From assembly GCF_009914755.1 (NCBI RefSeq), contig NC_060932.1: a stretch of 64,000 nucleotides of DNA; one strand, given 5' to 3'. This document shows positions 43,871-58,043 of this stretch, one piece after another. Position 1 is the stretch's first letter. Each line of letters begins with the position of its first letter. The stretch is from the human T2T-CHM13v2.0 reference genome, Homo sapiens. Position numbers and translations under genes: made by a program. The notes beneath the pieces were generated by a model. It was not told where the DNA came from, made no database searches, and was given only the letters and a program-made list of their open reading frames with translations.

Positions 43871-44099
43871 GGAACTAGAAAATGACAATGCTAAGCTCCT
43901 GAAGCAACATATAGATTGTTCTTTCCATTTTAACCATTTAGAAAATAGTCCAAAATATCTTTTCTTGGGTCTCTGATGTGACAGCCACCTTAAATTATTT
44001 TGGGAATAACCCAGATTAGAAATATTGTATTAGAATTTAAAAAAAACATAAATTTTATTAGTATATTTGTAATATTTTCTCCAATCAGCCCCTTTCTTT

Positions 44100-44130
<31 letters not shown>

Positions 44131-44519
44131 TAGCCACTTCTTTGTGGCAGTGCCAGTGCTCATTTTTACATCATAATTTGGTGGGCCTTGAAAGGTGCTT
44201 CCTCCAAGAAGGCAGGTGGAGAAGGAAATTCTGATGACATCACTCTCCCTTTATAATTTAGGTCTTGTCTTTATTGCATTCAAAGCTAACACAAGGCTTT
44301 ATAGTCTTGAATTCAATCACATTCTGATTTCAAGAAATATTAAACAATACTACTTCAGCAAATGCCTATGAAAACATTTTTATTAAGCTGCAATCAGTAT
44401 ATACAAATATGCCAGGATATTTGTGCACAGGCTCAGATCATAACTCTTCCCTTTGCATAACAATGTTAATAAAAACAATAATAGTAGCAGAACTTCTATA
44501 ACGTTTAACTTGGTGCTAG

Positions 44520-44521
<2 letters not shown>

Positions 44522-44555
<34 letters not shown>
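44522..44555. repeat. (AC)n microsatellite
   Basis: Directly visible. Confidence 0.95.
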
Positions 44556-44557
<2 letters not shown>

Positions 44558-45134
44558 CATACCTACAAATACATATGTATGTATATATTATATATATGAA
44601 TATAGATCAACAGGCTCCAGTCTGCACTCTTAACCACTATGCCATGATTATAGAGTCCATGTATATATACTCAAGTTAGATCCTGGGAAAGGAGACACCA
44701 ACTATCTTGCCCTTATGGTTTTTTTTTTTATCGTAGCAATTTACACCTTGCTATGGTCAGGGGTATGATTTCACTAGCTCTTGCCACTGACCTACAAGTA
44801 AGTTTAGAATTGTTGATTGATGCTTTCCTGTTTGCAAAAGAAAACCAACTACATCACGGGGTTTTGTAAATGGCTCAGCAGGATCTTTTCTTTGAATATC
44901 AAAGGCCAAATAGGCAATTACATAAAAAACAGGCCTGTAGAAGTGAACCCCTGGGATGCATGGATCTACGGAAATCAATACCTTAGAAAGCACTCGTGAA
45001 TACATTTTAAAAAAATGACCAGTCAGTGACACTGCATCTTTCCTTCAGGGTTGAAGGAAAGCTCTGATATAACCAAGCATTTCTTCTCTGTCTAAAGTTT
45101 AACATATTGCCCTCATGATTCCCCCTGGCTCCAG

Positions 45135-45211
45135 GCTTATTAGAAGAAGACAACCAGTGGATGACCCAGATAAATAGACTCCAGAAATTAATTGATAGAC
45201 TGGAAAAGAAG
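45135..45211 (+). CDS. NECAB1: NECAB1 internal coding exon (77 nt, phase 1 to 0)
   Basis: Acceptor cccctggctccag|GC. Translates (G)LLEEDNQWMTQINRLQKLIDRLEKK. Donor AAG|gtaggt. Confidence 0.95.
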
Positions 45212-48200
45212 GTAGGTGCTTTCTTTTCTTTATTCTCTCTTCCACTCTTCAAGATATTGTTACCTAATATTCCCCATTGCTTTATATCCATGACTGCCCC
45301 ATAGATAGAATAACAGCCAGGATCCCAATGATTCTATGAATGGCTGCTTGGTAGTTATTTGAGGTTTTTGTTGTCATTGCTAAATACAGAAGCTTACATT
45401 AATTCTCCCCCTACCTCCCACTCCCAATTATATTTAAAATAGAATGTGGAGTTGAGAGTTAAATAAATCTACTGCACTGCCTGGCTCTTACATTTTCAAA
45501 TGAACTAGGTGACAGTGTGCTTGAATGATGCTAATGACAGCTCTTAGGGATAATATGTTGAAGGGATAACATCCCTTTAACTTAGGGATAAGTTGAAGTC
45601 TTGGGAATCTTTCAAATTAATTCAGGAAAATGGCAGTGCTATCTACTAAAAGATGAGATTCCACACTCAACTTCTGGAAATTAGCACATTAACCGATGGT
45701 TTGCTATTAAAACTATCTAAGCAAGCAAGTTAGAATGTGATGAAGAGTTCTTTAGAACTACATTTTATGTTCTTAGTTATTGTTTTTTTATTAATTTAGT
45801 TAGTACCAAGTAGTCCTGTTATTGTAGTGATATTCTCCTTAAACATCTTTGATAGGAGAGACAACTTTTGTCAATCAGTAAGAAAAAAATGTGTTTTCTG
45901 CACATGTCAGGCACCAAGGGAGAAACATTTATGTTTGTGACAGCACTGACTTTGAAGAAAGCAATTGTCTACTTATAAAACTAAGCTATTCTCCTAAAAA
46001 GGCAGAGCAAGAGAGATAACAGACTTTTTAAAAATTATATGGTAGCACAGAATGGGATTCATAGTTCATGGTCAGTAAGTATTTGAATGACTGACCGAGA
46101 CATGTTAAAGGAATGGATCAGATGTTAAAATCTATCCATGCTCACCTGATGGGTTGATCACTGTGACCTGGGGTGCTCAGGAAGGACTTTGTGTGGCAGG
46201 AAGAGTTCAAGTGGGGCCTTAAAAATGGTGACTTAATTAAAAATTTTATTGCAAACAATAGAAATCATTTCTCTAATAAAAAAGAGAGTTTTCTGGAAGA
46301 ATATGGAAGTACTCACAGAATCAACAGATAGTCCAGAGGTCTGAATTTGGAAAAGTCAGAAGACAAGATAACCCTACAGATCTAAATAGCAAGAAATAGT
46401 CAACAGTCTCTGAAGTTACCTCCACTGCAATAAATGAGTTCCTACCATTTCCAGTCTGTTGGCCTTCTGTTCAAAATTCTGCTTCCCAGAAGGAAGAGTC
46501 TGGTTGGTCATGGTAGGGTTGCATTGCTGGCCTCCTGGATAGGGGAGGGGGAAAAGTCTTGATAACAATCCCAGAGCACAGTACAGAAAGAAGAAGAGAT
46601 AATTCAATGAAAAGAAAATGTATTGTCATTAAAGTTGGAATAAATGCTGATAAGCTAACAAACTAACAAGGAAAGTAATATTTGCTATGGAGAAGTAAAA
46701 TTTCAGTAGAGGATAGCTGGAAAGGGCATTCAGGTAAGGTGATGGCATGAGCAAGGTGATGGCATCTGCAAGGTTCAGTAGATTGGCCTGGTTAAGAGTC
46801 TTTCATGTAGGGAAGTAGTAACAAATAAGGTTGTATGGACCGAAGAGGGCCAGATTATGGATAGCCTCAAATAATAGTCTAAGGAATTTGGACTTGGAAA
46901 CAACAGAAGGCATTTATTATTTTTTAACAGCTAAGTGACAAACCAAAAAAAATCCTTTAGATAGGAAATTGGGCAGCAAGATGCAAAGTGAATTAAAACA
47001 AATGCAAAATGGGTTAAAACAAGAAAAATGAGGCTCAGAGACACTAATACCAGCTCAGAAAATGGCATTGAAGAGGAGGTTTGTGAAACTGAACCCAGTG
47101 AAATCAGGTATGATATGAGATGGGCCTATATTAAGCTAATGAGTGAGAAGAAAATGGCAGATTTGAAACACTTGAAGTGCAATTAACAGCACTATTGAAT
47201 GGGTTAAGAACAGGGGGAGCTCAAATAAGAATCTGAGGATTGGAGCCTGTGTTTCTGAAACAATTAATTATACCATTAACAGAAAAGGAAGAGACACATG
47301 AGAGAGAATTTGTGAGGTAAGGTGAGAAGGTGAACTAGTGTTTTTGATGTATGAATTTCAAGGTACAATGGGACACTTAGGCAGAAATACCTAGTTAGAT
47401 GTTAGAAGGAGAGAAGTCAGGCCAACAGGTTAAGGTATTTAGACATATTTCCACAAAGATGAACCCTCATGTCGTGAGGATGGGTAAGGTCTCTGAAAAG
47501 GAGATTCTGTGCAAGAGCCAAGTTAAGGGGAAACAACCCTATAGAGTTCTTGTCCCTCTGCCATGGTGCCTTTATTTGTTAAATTTATATTGAACACTTA
47601 CTGGAGCAAATACTTAAACTACTAGCTTGCTGCAAATCAACTTTCCTCCTTTCTTATTTTATTGATATGTGAGCTGAAACTAAAAAGATTTGTAGGAAAA
47701 ATAGTGGCTATGGAAATTAGTTTTCCAATATTGGAAGATCAAATCCAGGACCTCTATTTGCAAACTAAAGCTTGTTAAAACATAAGGATTCATTTGCTAA
47801 ATAAGTCCAGATTCATTTAAAAATACAAATACCTCTTTTTAAAGTGGTTTTGAATTTTTGGACAAAACTGTCTTTATTTGGTATCTGAAATTTTTATAGT
47901 TATTTTTAAAGGAATGGCTCAAACTTATTTCATGCCTTTTTTTCTAACTTTAAATCAAAGTATGTGACATTTCTTTTTTTTCTAGACTTTTTTTCTCCCT
48001 CCCTTCCTATAAAAGGGTTTCATTTTGAGGACAGTGTATAAGAGGTTTGCTAAAAGTACAATGTGATGGTTTTCAGCATGGGGCTCCAGCTGTGTGGAGC
48101 TCAGTGTGAGCTGTCTTAATGAATGGAGAAGCAGTGCAAGTTCAGTTTTCTTCTACAACTTATTCTGTACTGTGCTGATTAGGTTTTTAGAGAAAAACTA

Positions 48201-48538
48201 CCCAATTGCCAAACAGTGGCTGAGTACGTCATTTCACTGCTGAGTACCTTGTCTCCTGTAGTTGTTAACACTAGTTTTGATCTTCCCATTAGAAGGAAGT
48301 GTACCTGCAGTGGAACATATGTTATCTTTTCTCTGCATTAAGTATTTAAGATAAATTCTTCCTGCACTGAAACCAAGCCCTATTCTATGCATGTAGGGGA
48401 ATATAACACTTAGCAATTTCTATAAATAGGTTTCTTTAGGTATTCCTTGTATCCATTTCAGCCTCCATGAGAATTTATGGGGATATACTGAGGTTATGTC
48501 TTGTGTTTTGCTTGATCCCTGTAGAAAACACCTTTAAT

Positions 48539-48877
<339 letters not shown>

Positions 48878-49206
48878 TTAATGTTAAACAAAATAACAAC
48901 AAGGACAACAATAAAAGCTCTTCATTCTTCATTAAGTCCTTAGTGTATCATCAGATCACAGGACATTCTCATTTGAAAGGATGTAATTCAGGATGTCACA
49001 CTCATACAACTTATTTTAAGTTTTTCATACCTTAGATCAGGAAAGGTAGAACTGAAATTGTACCTTAGTTAGTGTCAGGGAAATAGTGGTCAAGGAGATT
49101 ACTAGGCTACAGTTTCTATCTGTGGAGTACTTTTTAGTTTTCAATTCACATCTATATACATTACATATAATTTTGCCCTCATAGAAAAGCTATGATTTAG
49201 ACAGGG

Positions 49207-49615
49207 CATTCATTCAGCCATTCATTTATTCTACATTTATTGAGTACCTACTGTGTGTCAGGTACTATTCCAGCAGTGGAAATACAGCAGTGATGAAAAG
49301 AATATCCTTGGTCTTTGAAGAGACAGACCAAAAAAACAACAAATCCATGAAACAAGATAATATAAAATAATGGAAAGTGCTATAAAGAAAAAGTAGAGCA
49401 ATATAATACAGATAGGGGGTTGAAAACTCCAAATGAGTGGTCTGGAAGTTCTCTCTAATAAGGTGATATTCGAGTTGAGATGTGAAAGTCAAGAAGAAGG
49501 CAGCTATGTAAAGATTTAGGGATAGAGAATTTACAGCAAAGCAGGAAAAGTGAACCCCACAGAAGTTAAATACCTTGCCGAAAGTTCCACCACAAAATAA
49601 CAGCACAGCTAGAGC
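49207..49615 (-). mobile_element. L2 3' end
   Basis: cattcattcagccattcatt...tttattgagtacctactgtgtgtcagg. Confidence 0.75.
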
Positions 49616-49848
49616 AACATAGCTCTATTATTAACAGGCATATGTTATTTCAGATAGTCTGGATTTCTACAGTTTTCAGTTTACTTCTTATTTATTTGAA
49701 GGAGTTATTCTACATAATCCTCATTGGAAACAATGCTAGGATAGCCATTCACAGAATGAAGTTCTCAGAGATGAAGCACTAGGTTTCACTGGGGACATTA
49801 GGACATTAGCATTATTCATTGGTCATCACAGAAGACATTAAGGTCTTA

Positions 49849-50657
49849 ATTCTCAAAAGAAGATATATAAAGGGCCAACAAACTATGAAAAAATGCTCAA
49901 CATCACCAATGATCAGGGAAATGTAAATCAAAACCACAATGTGATACTACCTTACTCCTGCAAGAAAGGCCATAATAAAAAAATTAAAAAATAATAGATG
50001 TTGGCATGGATGTGGTGAACAGGGAACACTTCTACACTGCTGGTGGGAATGTAAACAAGTACAACCACTATGGAAAATAGTGTGGAGATTCCTTAAAGAA
50101 CTAGAAGTAGAACTACCATTTGATCCAGCAATTCCACTACTGGGTATCTACCCAGAGGAAAAGAAGTCATTATACAAAAAAGAACTTGCACACACATGTT
50201 TATAGCAGCACAATTTTCAGTTGCAAAAATGTGGAACCAACCCAAATGCCCGCCAATCAATGAGTGGATAAAGAAATTATGGTGTGTATGTACGATGGAA
50301 TACTACTCAGCCATAAAAAGGAATGAATTAATGGCATTTGTAGCAACCTGGATGGGACTGGAGACTATTATTCCAAGTGAAGTAACTCAGGAATGGACAA
50401 CCAACCATTCTATATTCTCACTCATAAGTGGGAGCTAAGCTATGAGGATGCAAAGGCATAAGAATGACACAGTAGACTTTGGGGACTCAGGAGAAAAGGG
50501 TGGTAGGGAGATGAGGGATAAAAGACTACAAATCGGGTTCAGTGTATACTGTTCAGGTGACGGGTGCACCAACATCTCACAAATCACCACTCAAGAACTT
50601 ACCTGTACAAGCAAATACCACCTGTTCCCCAAAAACCTATGGAAATAAAAAAAAAAA
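49849..50657 (+). mobile_element. L1PB-like 5'-truncated LINE-1 (ORF2 end, 3'UTR, A tail)
   Basis: ORF track MFIAAQFSVAKMWNQPKCP...MEYYSAIKRNE = L1 ORF2 C-terminus; 3'UTR ends cccaaaaacctatggaaataaaa. Confidence 0.92.
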
Positions 50658-51220
50658 CTTTTTTTTAAGACTTCACAGTCTTTATAGGAGTTCTTCACTT
50701 TTAGCAAATGTCAATCGTATTTTCATTTACTCTTTAATTCACTTTCTATTTAATAAAGAAAAATTAACACCAGGGTATAAATGTATTGTAACAATAGACT
50801 AATGTTTATAATGATGTCCCAAGAAATGTAGAAATGTGGCAATACTCATTCATAGCAAAATAAAGCAGACTGTTAGGCTTAGTCATTCTGTTTCCTTTTC
50901 TTTCGTTTACCTTCCTACCCTTTCCCTCTCTGTTTTAATGTACCTTTCTCTTCCACTTTGCTCTCTAATGGCATTCAAGAAGTAAATTTAAAGCAATACT
51001 TTGAACACGTCTAAAACAGCTTCTTACAATTGATAAATAAGTACAAAGAGTCTTTATTGGAACAGCTGAGTTTTAAAAAAATCAGTATTATTTCATCTTT
51101 AAGATAATGAAGTTCTTTTGGTTCAATGTTAGCCATGAGAGAACTATGATTTGAATATATGGCATTGTTTTAAATGATATAATTTTTTTTCTTTTCTGCC
51201 ATTTCTTCCTCTTATTGAAG

Positions 51221-51274
51221 GATCTCAAACTCGAACCACCAGAAGAAGAAATTATTGAAGGGAATACTAAATCT
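51221..51274 (+). CDS. NECAB1: NECAB1 internal coding exon (54 nt, symmetric phase 0 to 0)
   Basis: Long pyrimidine tract, acceptor cttattgaag|GAT. Translates DLKLEPPEEEIIEGNTKS. Donor TCT|gtaagt. Confidence 0.95.
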
Positions 51275-53264
51275 GTAAGTATTTTTATCAGGTAAAAATG
51301 TTAGAAATATATTCTTTAAAAACATAATTTAATTTCTTCAAAAATTAGTTATCTCAATGAAAAATTGAAAAACCAAGTAGTCGTATTTCATTTTATAAGA
51401 TTCAGTAGTGTTGTTTCTACATTGTGATTTGTGTAAACCTAATACCTACTTCACAGTTTTTGCAAAAGTACCTGGCATGTAATAGGTGCAAAATGAAAAT
51501 TTTATACATGTATAAATCAATGAGTTATTGAATAATTGAAGGAATATGACTGGCAGAGAAGGGCAACATTTAAGTTGTATCATAAACATTTTGTAAATCC
51601 TGCTATGTTGTACACTGGATATACCTGAGCGGAAACCTGGTTCTGTTCATTATTATATTTCCAGCATTTAGCCTAGGGCCAGGCACATTGAAAATGCTCA
51701 GAAATAATTTTTCAAAGAATAAATTGATGCAAAAGGGAACATTTGTATCCCTAGGGACAAGATGTCCATCCAGAGTGGCAGCAGTTTTTGGAAACAGAAG
51801 AAGAATGGACAAAGGGATCCTAAAAAGTACATTAAGATGCAACAAAAAGAAGTTAGCAAATAATTAAAAGCAGTACATACCAAGCTTTATTATTTACTTT
51901 ATGTTGAGGCAAACATGCATAGTACATTTTGTTTCAGGAAGTTGGATGTTTATATTTACATTTAGTGAAAATTTGGATTTTAAAATCTTGGGTAACTAGG
52001 AGAAAAATCATTTTTTAATCCCTTAGATGTATTATATACTTTATAGATGTCAAAGGATTGGTCACACATTTATATGAAACCAAGGTAGGAAATAACCTTT
52101 CATCTCTGAATTGTGCACAAGCACTGACTACATGATAGATGAAGTTGAGACCCACCTATGTGTAAGGCTCCTGCCCATCTGTCCAAACTCATAATCCAAA
52201 GGGATTCTTCAGAGGAAGCTTTGTGGGAGTCTCAGAAAAGTTTAATCATGGCTGCTACTGTTAGAATCCTATAGTTATGAATACTTTACCCCGATAAGCT
52301 AGATTTGTCACTGCATGTCTAGTGCTTTTATCCCTCCAGAGACAGGGATGTAGTCTGTGTTAATTCCTCAAGACCCCAACATTTTAAAATGGTAGACTTT
52401 CATGGGAAAGAGAGGAGAGGGGTGTTGAGCACATATACATACTAAGAATAGCGGATTTGTGCAGTCCCGGAGGCACAGGAATTGTTAACCTTGTGATCAT
52501 GCATCTGTTATCTTCTCGTAGGTTTGCATAGAGGAAAAACTATACTCCAGACAAAGGAAAAACAAATATAACTTATCTAATGTTGTGAGAGATAATTGCC
52601 TATTCTTAAATAATTTTCTAATGTGAGATTATTTTTTCTCTCTAGTTATGAAGAGGAAAAATTGTCTAAGGATTGTTTGTGAAAGGAGGCAGCTATTCCA
52701 TTTGCAGGTCCCTGAGCAGCCAAAGCCAAGGCCAATTTTAAAAGATCAACACACAAAACATTACTAATTCAGTAGTGCATAGAAGTACTTTAAACAAATA
52801 AGACTGAAGAAGGTCATTCAGCTCTCAATATTGTTTAAAAGCAGGAAAGGATATTCCCTATTTCCAGCCATATATAGAGGTATAGCAATTATGCTCTTTG
52901 GGAATAGACATAAAAATTTGAATTGGTTTGTTTTTTCAGAAGTAACAATAAGATATTTGTCATTAAAAGTTGTTTTTTTAATTAATGGTAGTAAGTGCAT
53001 TACTATAAATTCCTGTAAAACCTCCTATATTCAGAATGACCAAAATCATTTTTCACTGTTATTTCATAGCTAGTGCTCTAGTGCTCATAATTCCATCCTA
53101 CCATGTGTTAAATGATCTATCCTGATGCCCAAAACCAGTTTTAGAATTTATTGAGTAGAGAGGTATTTTCCCTTTTCCATTAGTGAATGCTTGAGAACTT
53201 GGAAAAATAAATTCTATGACAGAAAGCAAAGAATAAATTTGTATTACACTTGGTTTTTGAAATG

Positions 53265-53475
53265 CTAATCTTTACTGATCCTTTGCTATGTGCCAAGTGT
53301 TGTACTAAACACATACATAACTCACTTAATCCTCACAATAGCCAGCCAAATGAGGTAGTGCTATCCTCAGACTCATTTTATCAATGAAGAAATTAAGGTT
53401 TAAAGGAGTTTACCTACCATAGCTGAACCCCTGCAGTTCAACCCCAGACCTATGCTCATCACCATGCTCTAACAT
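53265..53475 (-). mobile_element. MIR
   Basis: ctatgtgccaagtgttgtactaa...aatcctcacaa...cattttatcaatgaagaaatt. Confidence 0.65.
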
Positions 53476-55699
53476 TTTCAGCCTAAGTGTTTAGTGGATT
53501 TCTAGCCTGTAAAGTAGAATTGCTCTTTGCTAGCGAGGTTGTGGATGAATGGATGATTGTTTTATGAGATTCCCTACCATAAGAGCAGAGCAGATTGTCT
53601 GGCAGGCTTGTTTAAGCACACAGCAAAAGTCCTGAACCCTAGCAACTGCCATCTCTAGTTTTCTGGGCAATGAGCCGTTACATAATGATGAGTCCAGGAA
53701 ATGATTTCTTTTTTTAAGTCCATTTTTTTTTTTCTCAGCCCAGAGTAAGAGATGTAACACTTATTTAGTACCTGTCATGGAAAGGATCGTTATACACACA
53801 ATTCTATTTAGTCCTCCCAAAACTTTGTGATATAAGTACCACTATTCTAATTTTACGTATCAGAAGACAAACTGAGAAAGAATTAAGTAACTTGTTAAAG
53901 GCCACATAGGAAAAGTGAAGCTAATTCTTTTCAATTTATATGCCTGCTCTTGAAGAAGAAGGAAGAAAAGAAAAAGAGGACAGGATGGTGGAGACAGATG
54001 AAAGAGCACCTAACAATTATGCAGTGCTGTTGAGTTTCCAGGGCCACCTCAAATCCTCTCCTGGAATAAATAGTTTATTAAGGGAATTCTAAGATTAGTC
54101 AATGGCTAAAAGCAAAAGCATCTTTAATGTGTTTGTTCCACAAATAACTTGATCACCAACTATGTTCCAGGCCTGGAGATAGGGTCTGGAAATAAAGTGG
54201 TGAATATTATAGGCTAGAAAACAAACTAGAAGGAAATTATACAGAATCTACAATAAAATGTGATGAGGATTATTATAGGAAAGTACAGATTTGCACAGTA
54301 AGGGGACAGAACTCAATTTAGGAGACCAAGGAATACTTCCAAAATGACATAATACTTAAGATGAAATCATAATAAATAGAAGTTTTTTTAAAAAAAACTT
54401 ATATATCTCTTACTACATCGAATGATTCTAACACTGCACTGAAAGAACACTCAAGTGCTAGATCAAAATATTCAAATGTTCCAAATGATTTATAACAAGC
54501 ATATTATAAAGATGTGCCTGTATGGCACTTCTTACCAAAAGAGTACTGGAGTAAGATGATCATTTTCCAGATATTTTCTTCATTCAAAGGTTTTTAAAAA
54601 GTCATGATAATTTTAAACAACATTTGAGCACATTCTTGTGCTTTTCAAAAACTCAGACTTTTCTTCAGCACATTGTTGTTGTAATACACTAAAATAGCTT
54701 ATCATACAATGAGTCTACAAACCTAGTTTTTTTCTGCCTCTCTACACCCATATAAAATCGACGGATAATGTCTTGAAGTCATTCCATTCTGCCATACATT
54801 CCTAAGGGTTTGGGGGCTATTCTCAAGTAATGTAACAGCGACTATCAAAATATAAGTCTTGTTTTACAATGGTTGTTAAGAGAGTCAGTGAGAGCATACA
54901 AGAAAGGCTATGGTATCTCTGAAGACATATTTGAAACACAACTGTAAATGTAGTAAATAGAACAAAGTAACATGAAAAAATAAGTTGTATTTAAAACATG
55001 CCTCTGTGTCCCAAGACTAAAAAAGATGACATTTCTTGAAATGTTCCAAGAAATCAAAGGCTGATGCAACAAAATCTCATGTCACTGGCAAATACTATCC
55101 TGTGAACTGAGACTGGCCTTTCATACTTACACAGCACTATTTAGTCCAAGACATTCCAAATATCCAGCCATACTTCTATTGCAACAAAATTTCTATAAGG
55201 TAAATGATAAATGATATACTACTACTCCTATAATAGAGAAACAAAAATGTAGCACCATGAAAGAATATTCAACCATGACAGAGTGCTCTGAGCTAACTAT
55301 ATCTTGGGATCCCACATTTTAGTAAGCTTCAGGCTGTGTATTTGACACAAGAGACACATAGAAATATTAACAAGATAGTAGGACTCCTGTTCCACCTCTC
55401 CCAAACCCCACATCCTACAATTTGTTTCGGCCTAGCCGGAACAGAAAATTTAAGCGTTTTTTTGGATTTCAGAAAATCTACTTTAAATTAACTATTATTT
55501 AAAAAGCTCCGCTTGTCAGAATAGTCATCAAACTTAGGCAGATTATCTGGGGCTCTTTAAATGGATTTCTTTGTGTAACTATCTTAGGAAAGGAGGGGGA
55601 AAAGATACATCTGGTTTGGGTTGCAAAGTTGGAAATTGCAACCCAATCTAGGAAGCCGAGAGCTCAATTTTTCCAACTCATACATCAATGTACATAAGT

Positions 55700-56415
55700 G
55701 AATGATCAGTTAGGTATTGGTAACATAATAATGCATCCCCAAATTCAGTGGCTTAACACAATAACCACAATTTTGCAGGTAGGCAATTTAGGCTGGGATC
55801 AACTGGCTGGTTCTTATGGTCTCACATGGGCTCCTTGTATCTCTAGTAAGCTGTATGTTAGCTTTGCTGATCTTGGCTGAGCTTTCTCGTATGTCTAGGA
55901 GCTAAAGTGTGCTCTATGTGGTTTTTAATCCTCTAATATAGGGGTTGGCAAACTACAGCATACCTCTTGTTTTTGTTCATAAAGTTTTATTGTAACACAG
56001 CCACACTCATTTGTTTATGTGTGGGCTGTGGCTGCTTTTACACAATAGCAGAGTTGACTAGCTGCAAAAGGAGCCATGTGGCACAGAAAGCCTAAATAAA
56101 ATACTTACTACCCATCCATTTACAGAAAATGTTTGCTGGCCCCTGCCGTAGCAGGTCTTGTTCATATGGTAATCTCAGAGATCCAAGAGAAAGAGTGGAA
56201 ATCCACCGGCCTCTTAGGGCCTGAATTTGAAACTGGTGCACTGTCAGTTCTGCTACGTTGATTGGCCAGAGCAGGTTAGAAAGCCAAACCAGATCCAAGG
56301 GGAGGGAAAATAGAATCCATGTCTTGAGGAGAGGAGCTAAAAAGTCAAATTAGTCAAAGGGCATGAGTTCAGGAGGGTAGTGAAGAGTTCTGGTTATTTT
56401 TACAATCCATCCCAC
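55700..56415 (-). mobile_element. MLT1-type LTR split by a MER58A
   Basis: ccccaaattcagtggcttaa...gattggccagagcagg...ccagatccaagggg. Confidence 0.7.
55940..56145. mobile_element. MER58A
   Basis: TIRs aggggttggcaaacta...tttgctggcccctg; aataaagttttattg-type core. Confidence 0.85.
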
Positions 56416-57319
56416 TTGATCACGTAAGAATTGCCTTTAGACGAAAAGAATTATGATGGAATAGGTGGATGTATTTATATATCTCATTAGGAAAGCCCAT
56501 GAGCTTTCCTAATTATCTGAGTTAGTAATCACAAATGTCCAACCAAGAGGTCCCTGCAGATTTTTGTGAAAAGGATATATCCATCATTATTTTGGTAGAA
56601 ATTAACCCTACTTAGTTATTAATACTAAACCCATGTGCTTTGGTTAGTCCAACAAAAGTAGGAATATTTGTTGAATATACTGAATACCTAACCTCTAAAA
56701 TATCATTGGTATTCAACAAATAGTAGCTATTGACATGAAATGAGAAACCCATTGGAATAGAAAACAGTAGACCAGGGGTTTAATTCTCTCATGCTACATA
56801 GCTGGTATTACTGTGGAAGTTATTTTTCTCATATTCTAGATCATCCTTACCTTGTGTTTTGTTTTTGTTTATGCACTTTTATGATTCATGCCAATCCTTA
56901 CTTTGATTTGCACTTTTATACTTTCACTACCAATTCTTGAAAAGAACTAATGTTGATATCTAAAATTCCATGAGAAGCCCACAGGCGGATCTTGAGGGAA
57001 GCCTTGAAACTACAATTGCTATAATGCTAATAGGATTTGTTACAGGAAACAGTTGGCATCCAATCCAGTGTGATCCATTAAAAACAAGCACCATCTGATG
57101 CCATTACCATTTGAACAGGGCCTGTTGTAAGTAGTTAATGTGTTTGACAACCCTGTAATATTTGATATACCTTTGGAAATGCATGAGTTACTAATTTTTT
57201 TGAAATCTAGTTGTTTGTAATGATTGTCACTTATGTCTAATATCACAAAATATTCAAGAAATTGGAGCTGTGCAATGAACAATAGGACTTCTCTTTAAAA
57301 ATTGGTAAGTTGTTATAGG

Positions 57320-57455
57320 GAAGTGATCCCAGCTCTGCCTGCACAATACAGACACTTAGGGAGGTTTTAAAAATAGCAGTGCCTGGGCCCCACTCCCAGA
57401 GATTTTGATATAAAGATAATTTTAAAACTTCTCGAGTCATTGAGAATCACTGCTT
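57320..57455. mobile_element. MER5A-like hAT fossil
   Basis: gcctgggccccactcccagagattttga...ttgagaatcactg. Confidence 0.7.
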
Positions 57456-57702
57456 TTAAAGGGAAACACGTCATTGTAAAGAACACGTTGTTTAGCTTCT
57501 GGGACTAGAGGCAAGGAAAATATCTTGCCTAGATTACAGCCTTTATACAGTTTTATACTTGGAATAGTCATGGCCTTCCTTGGTCATATTTTTGGATGAC
57601 AATCATCTGTTTTTGTGAGGAGGAATGGGATGGGCAGTAGGAGTCAGCTTAAATCGGGCTCCGTGACAGCCAACGCAGTGACCCTCGCCCCTTCCTTGGC
57701 AG

Positions 57703-57815
57703 CACATCATGCTTGTGCAGCGGCAGATGTCTGTGATAGAAGAGGACCTGGAAGAATTCCAGCTCGCTCTGAAACACTACGTGGAGAGTGCTTCCTCCCA
57801 AAGTGGATGCTTGCG
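57703..57815 (+). CDS. NECAB1: NECAB1 internal coding exon (113 nt, phase 0 to 2), start of ABM domain
   Basis: Acceptor ccccttccttggcag|CAC. Translates HIMLVQRQMSVIEEDLEEFQLALKHYVESASSQSGCL+CG. Donor GCG|gtaagt. Confidence 0.96.
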
Positions 57816-57997
57816 GTAAGTGCTCCAACTCCTGCACCTTAGGCCTTTGGCAGCCTGGGAATACAGTGAAGGCATTTCTTACTTTAGACAAGGCTGGGGG
57901 TCTAGAAGACAGATATTTGAGAATCCTCACATTAAATTATACAGAGCATTCCACCTGGGTGATGTCATTTGCTGCCTTTAACTGAATGTTTTCTCTT

Positions 57998-58043
57998 TAA
58001 TCTTTAAACCCCGTGTCGTCTAATCTTTAAACCCCGTGTCGTC
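57998..58043. repeat. Perfect 23-bp tandem duplication
   Basis: taatctttaaaccccgtgtcgtc x2. Confidence 0.97.

Noticed and set aside
50196-50438. 80-aa ORF with protein-like sequence
   Set aside because: It is the C-terminal remnant of L1 ORF2 in a 5'-truncated element, not a gene.
54380-55300. Unique-looking segment after a T/A run, considered as an antisense processed pseudogene 3'UTR
   Set aside because: No TSD, polyadenylation signal or recognisable parent found; a BLAT search would be needed.
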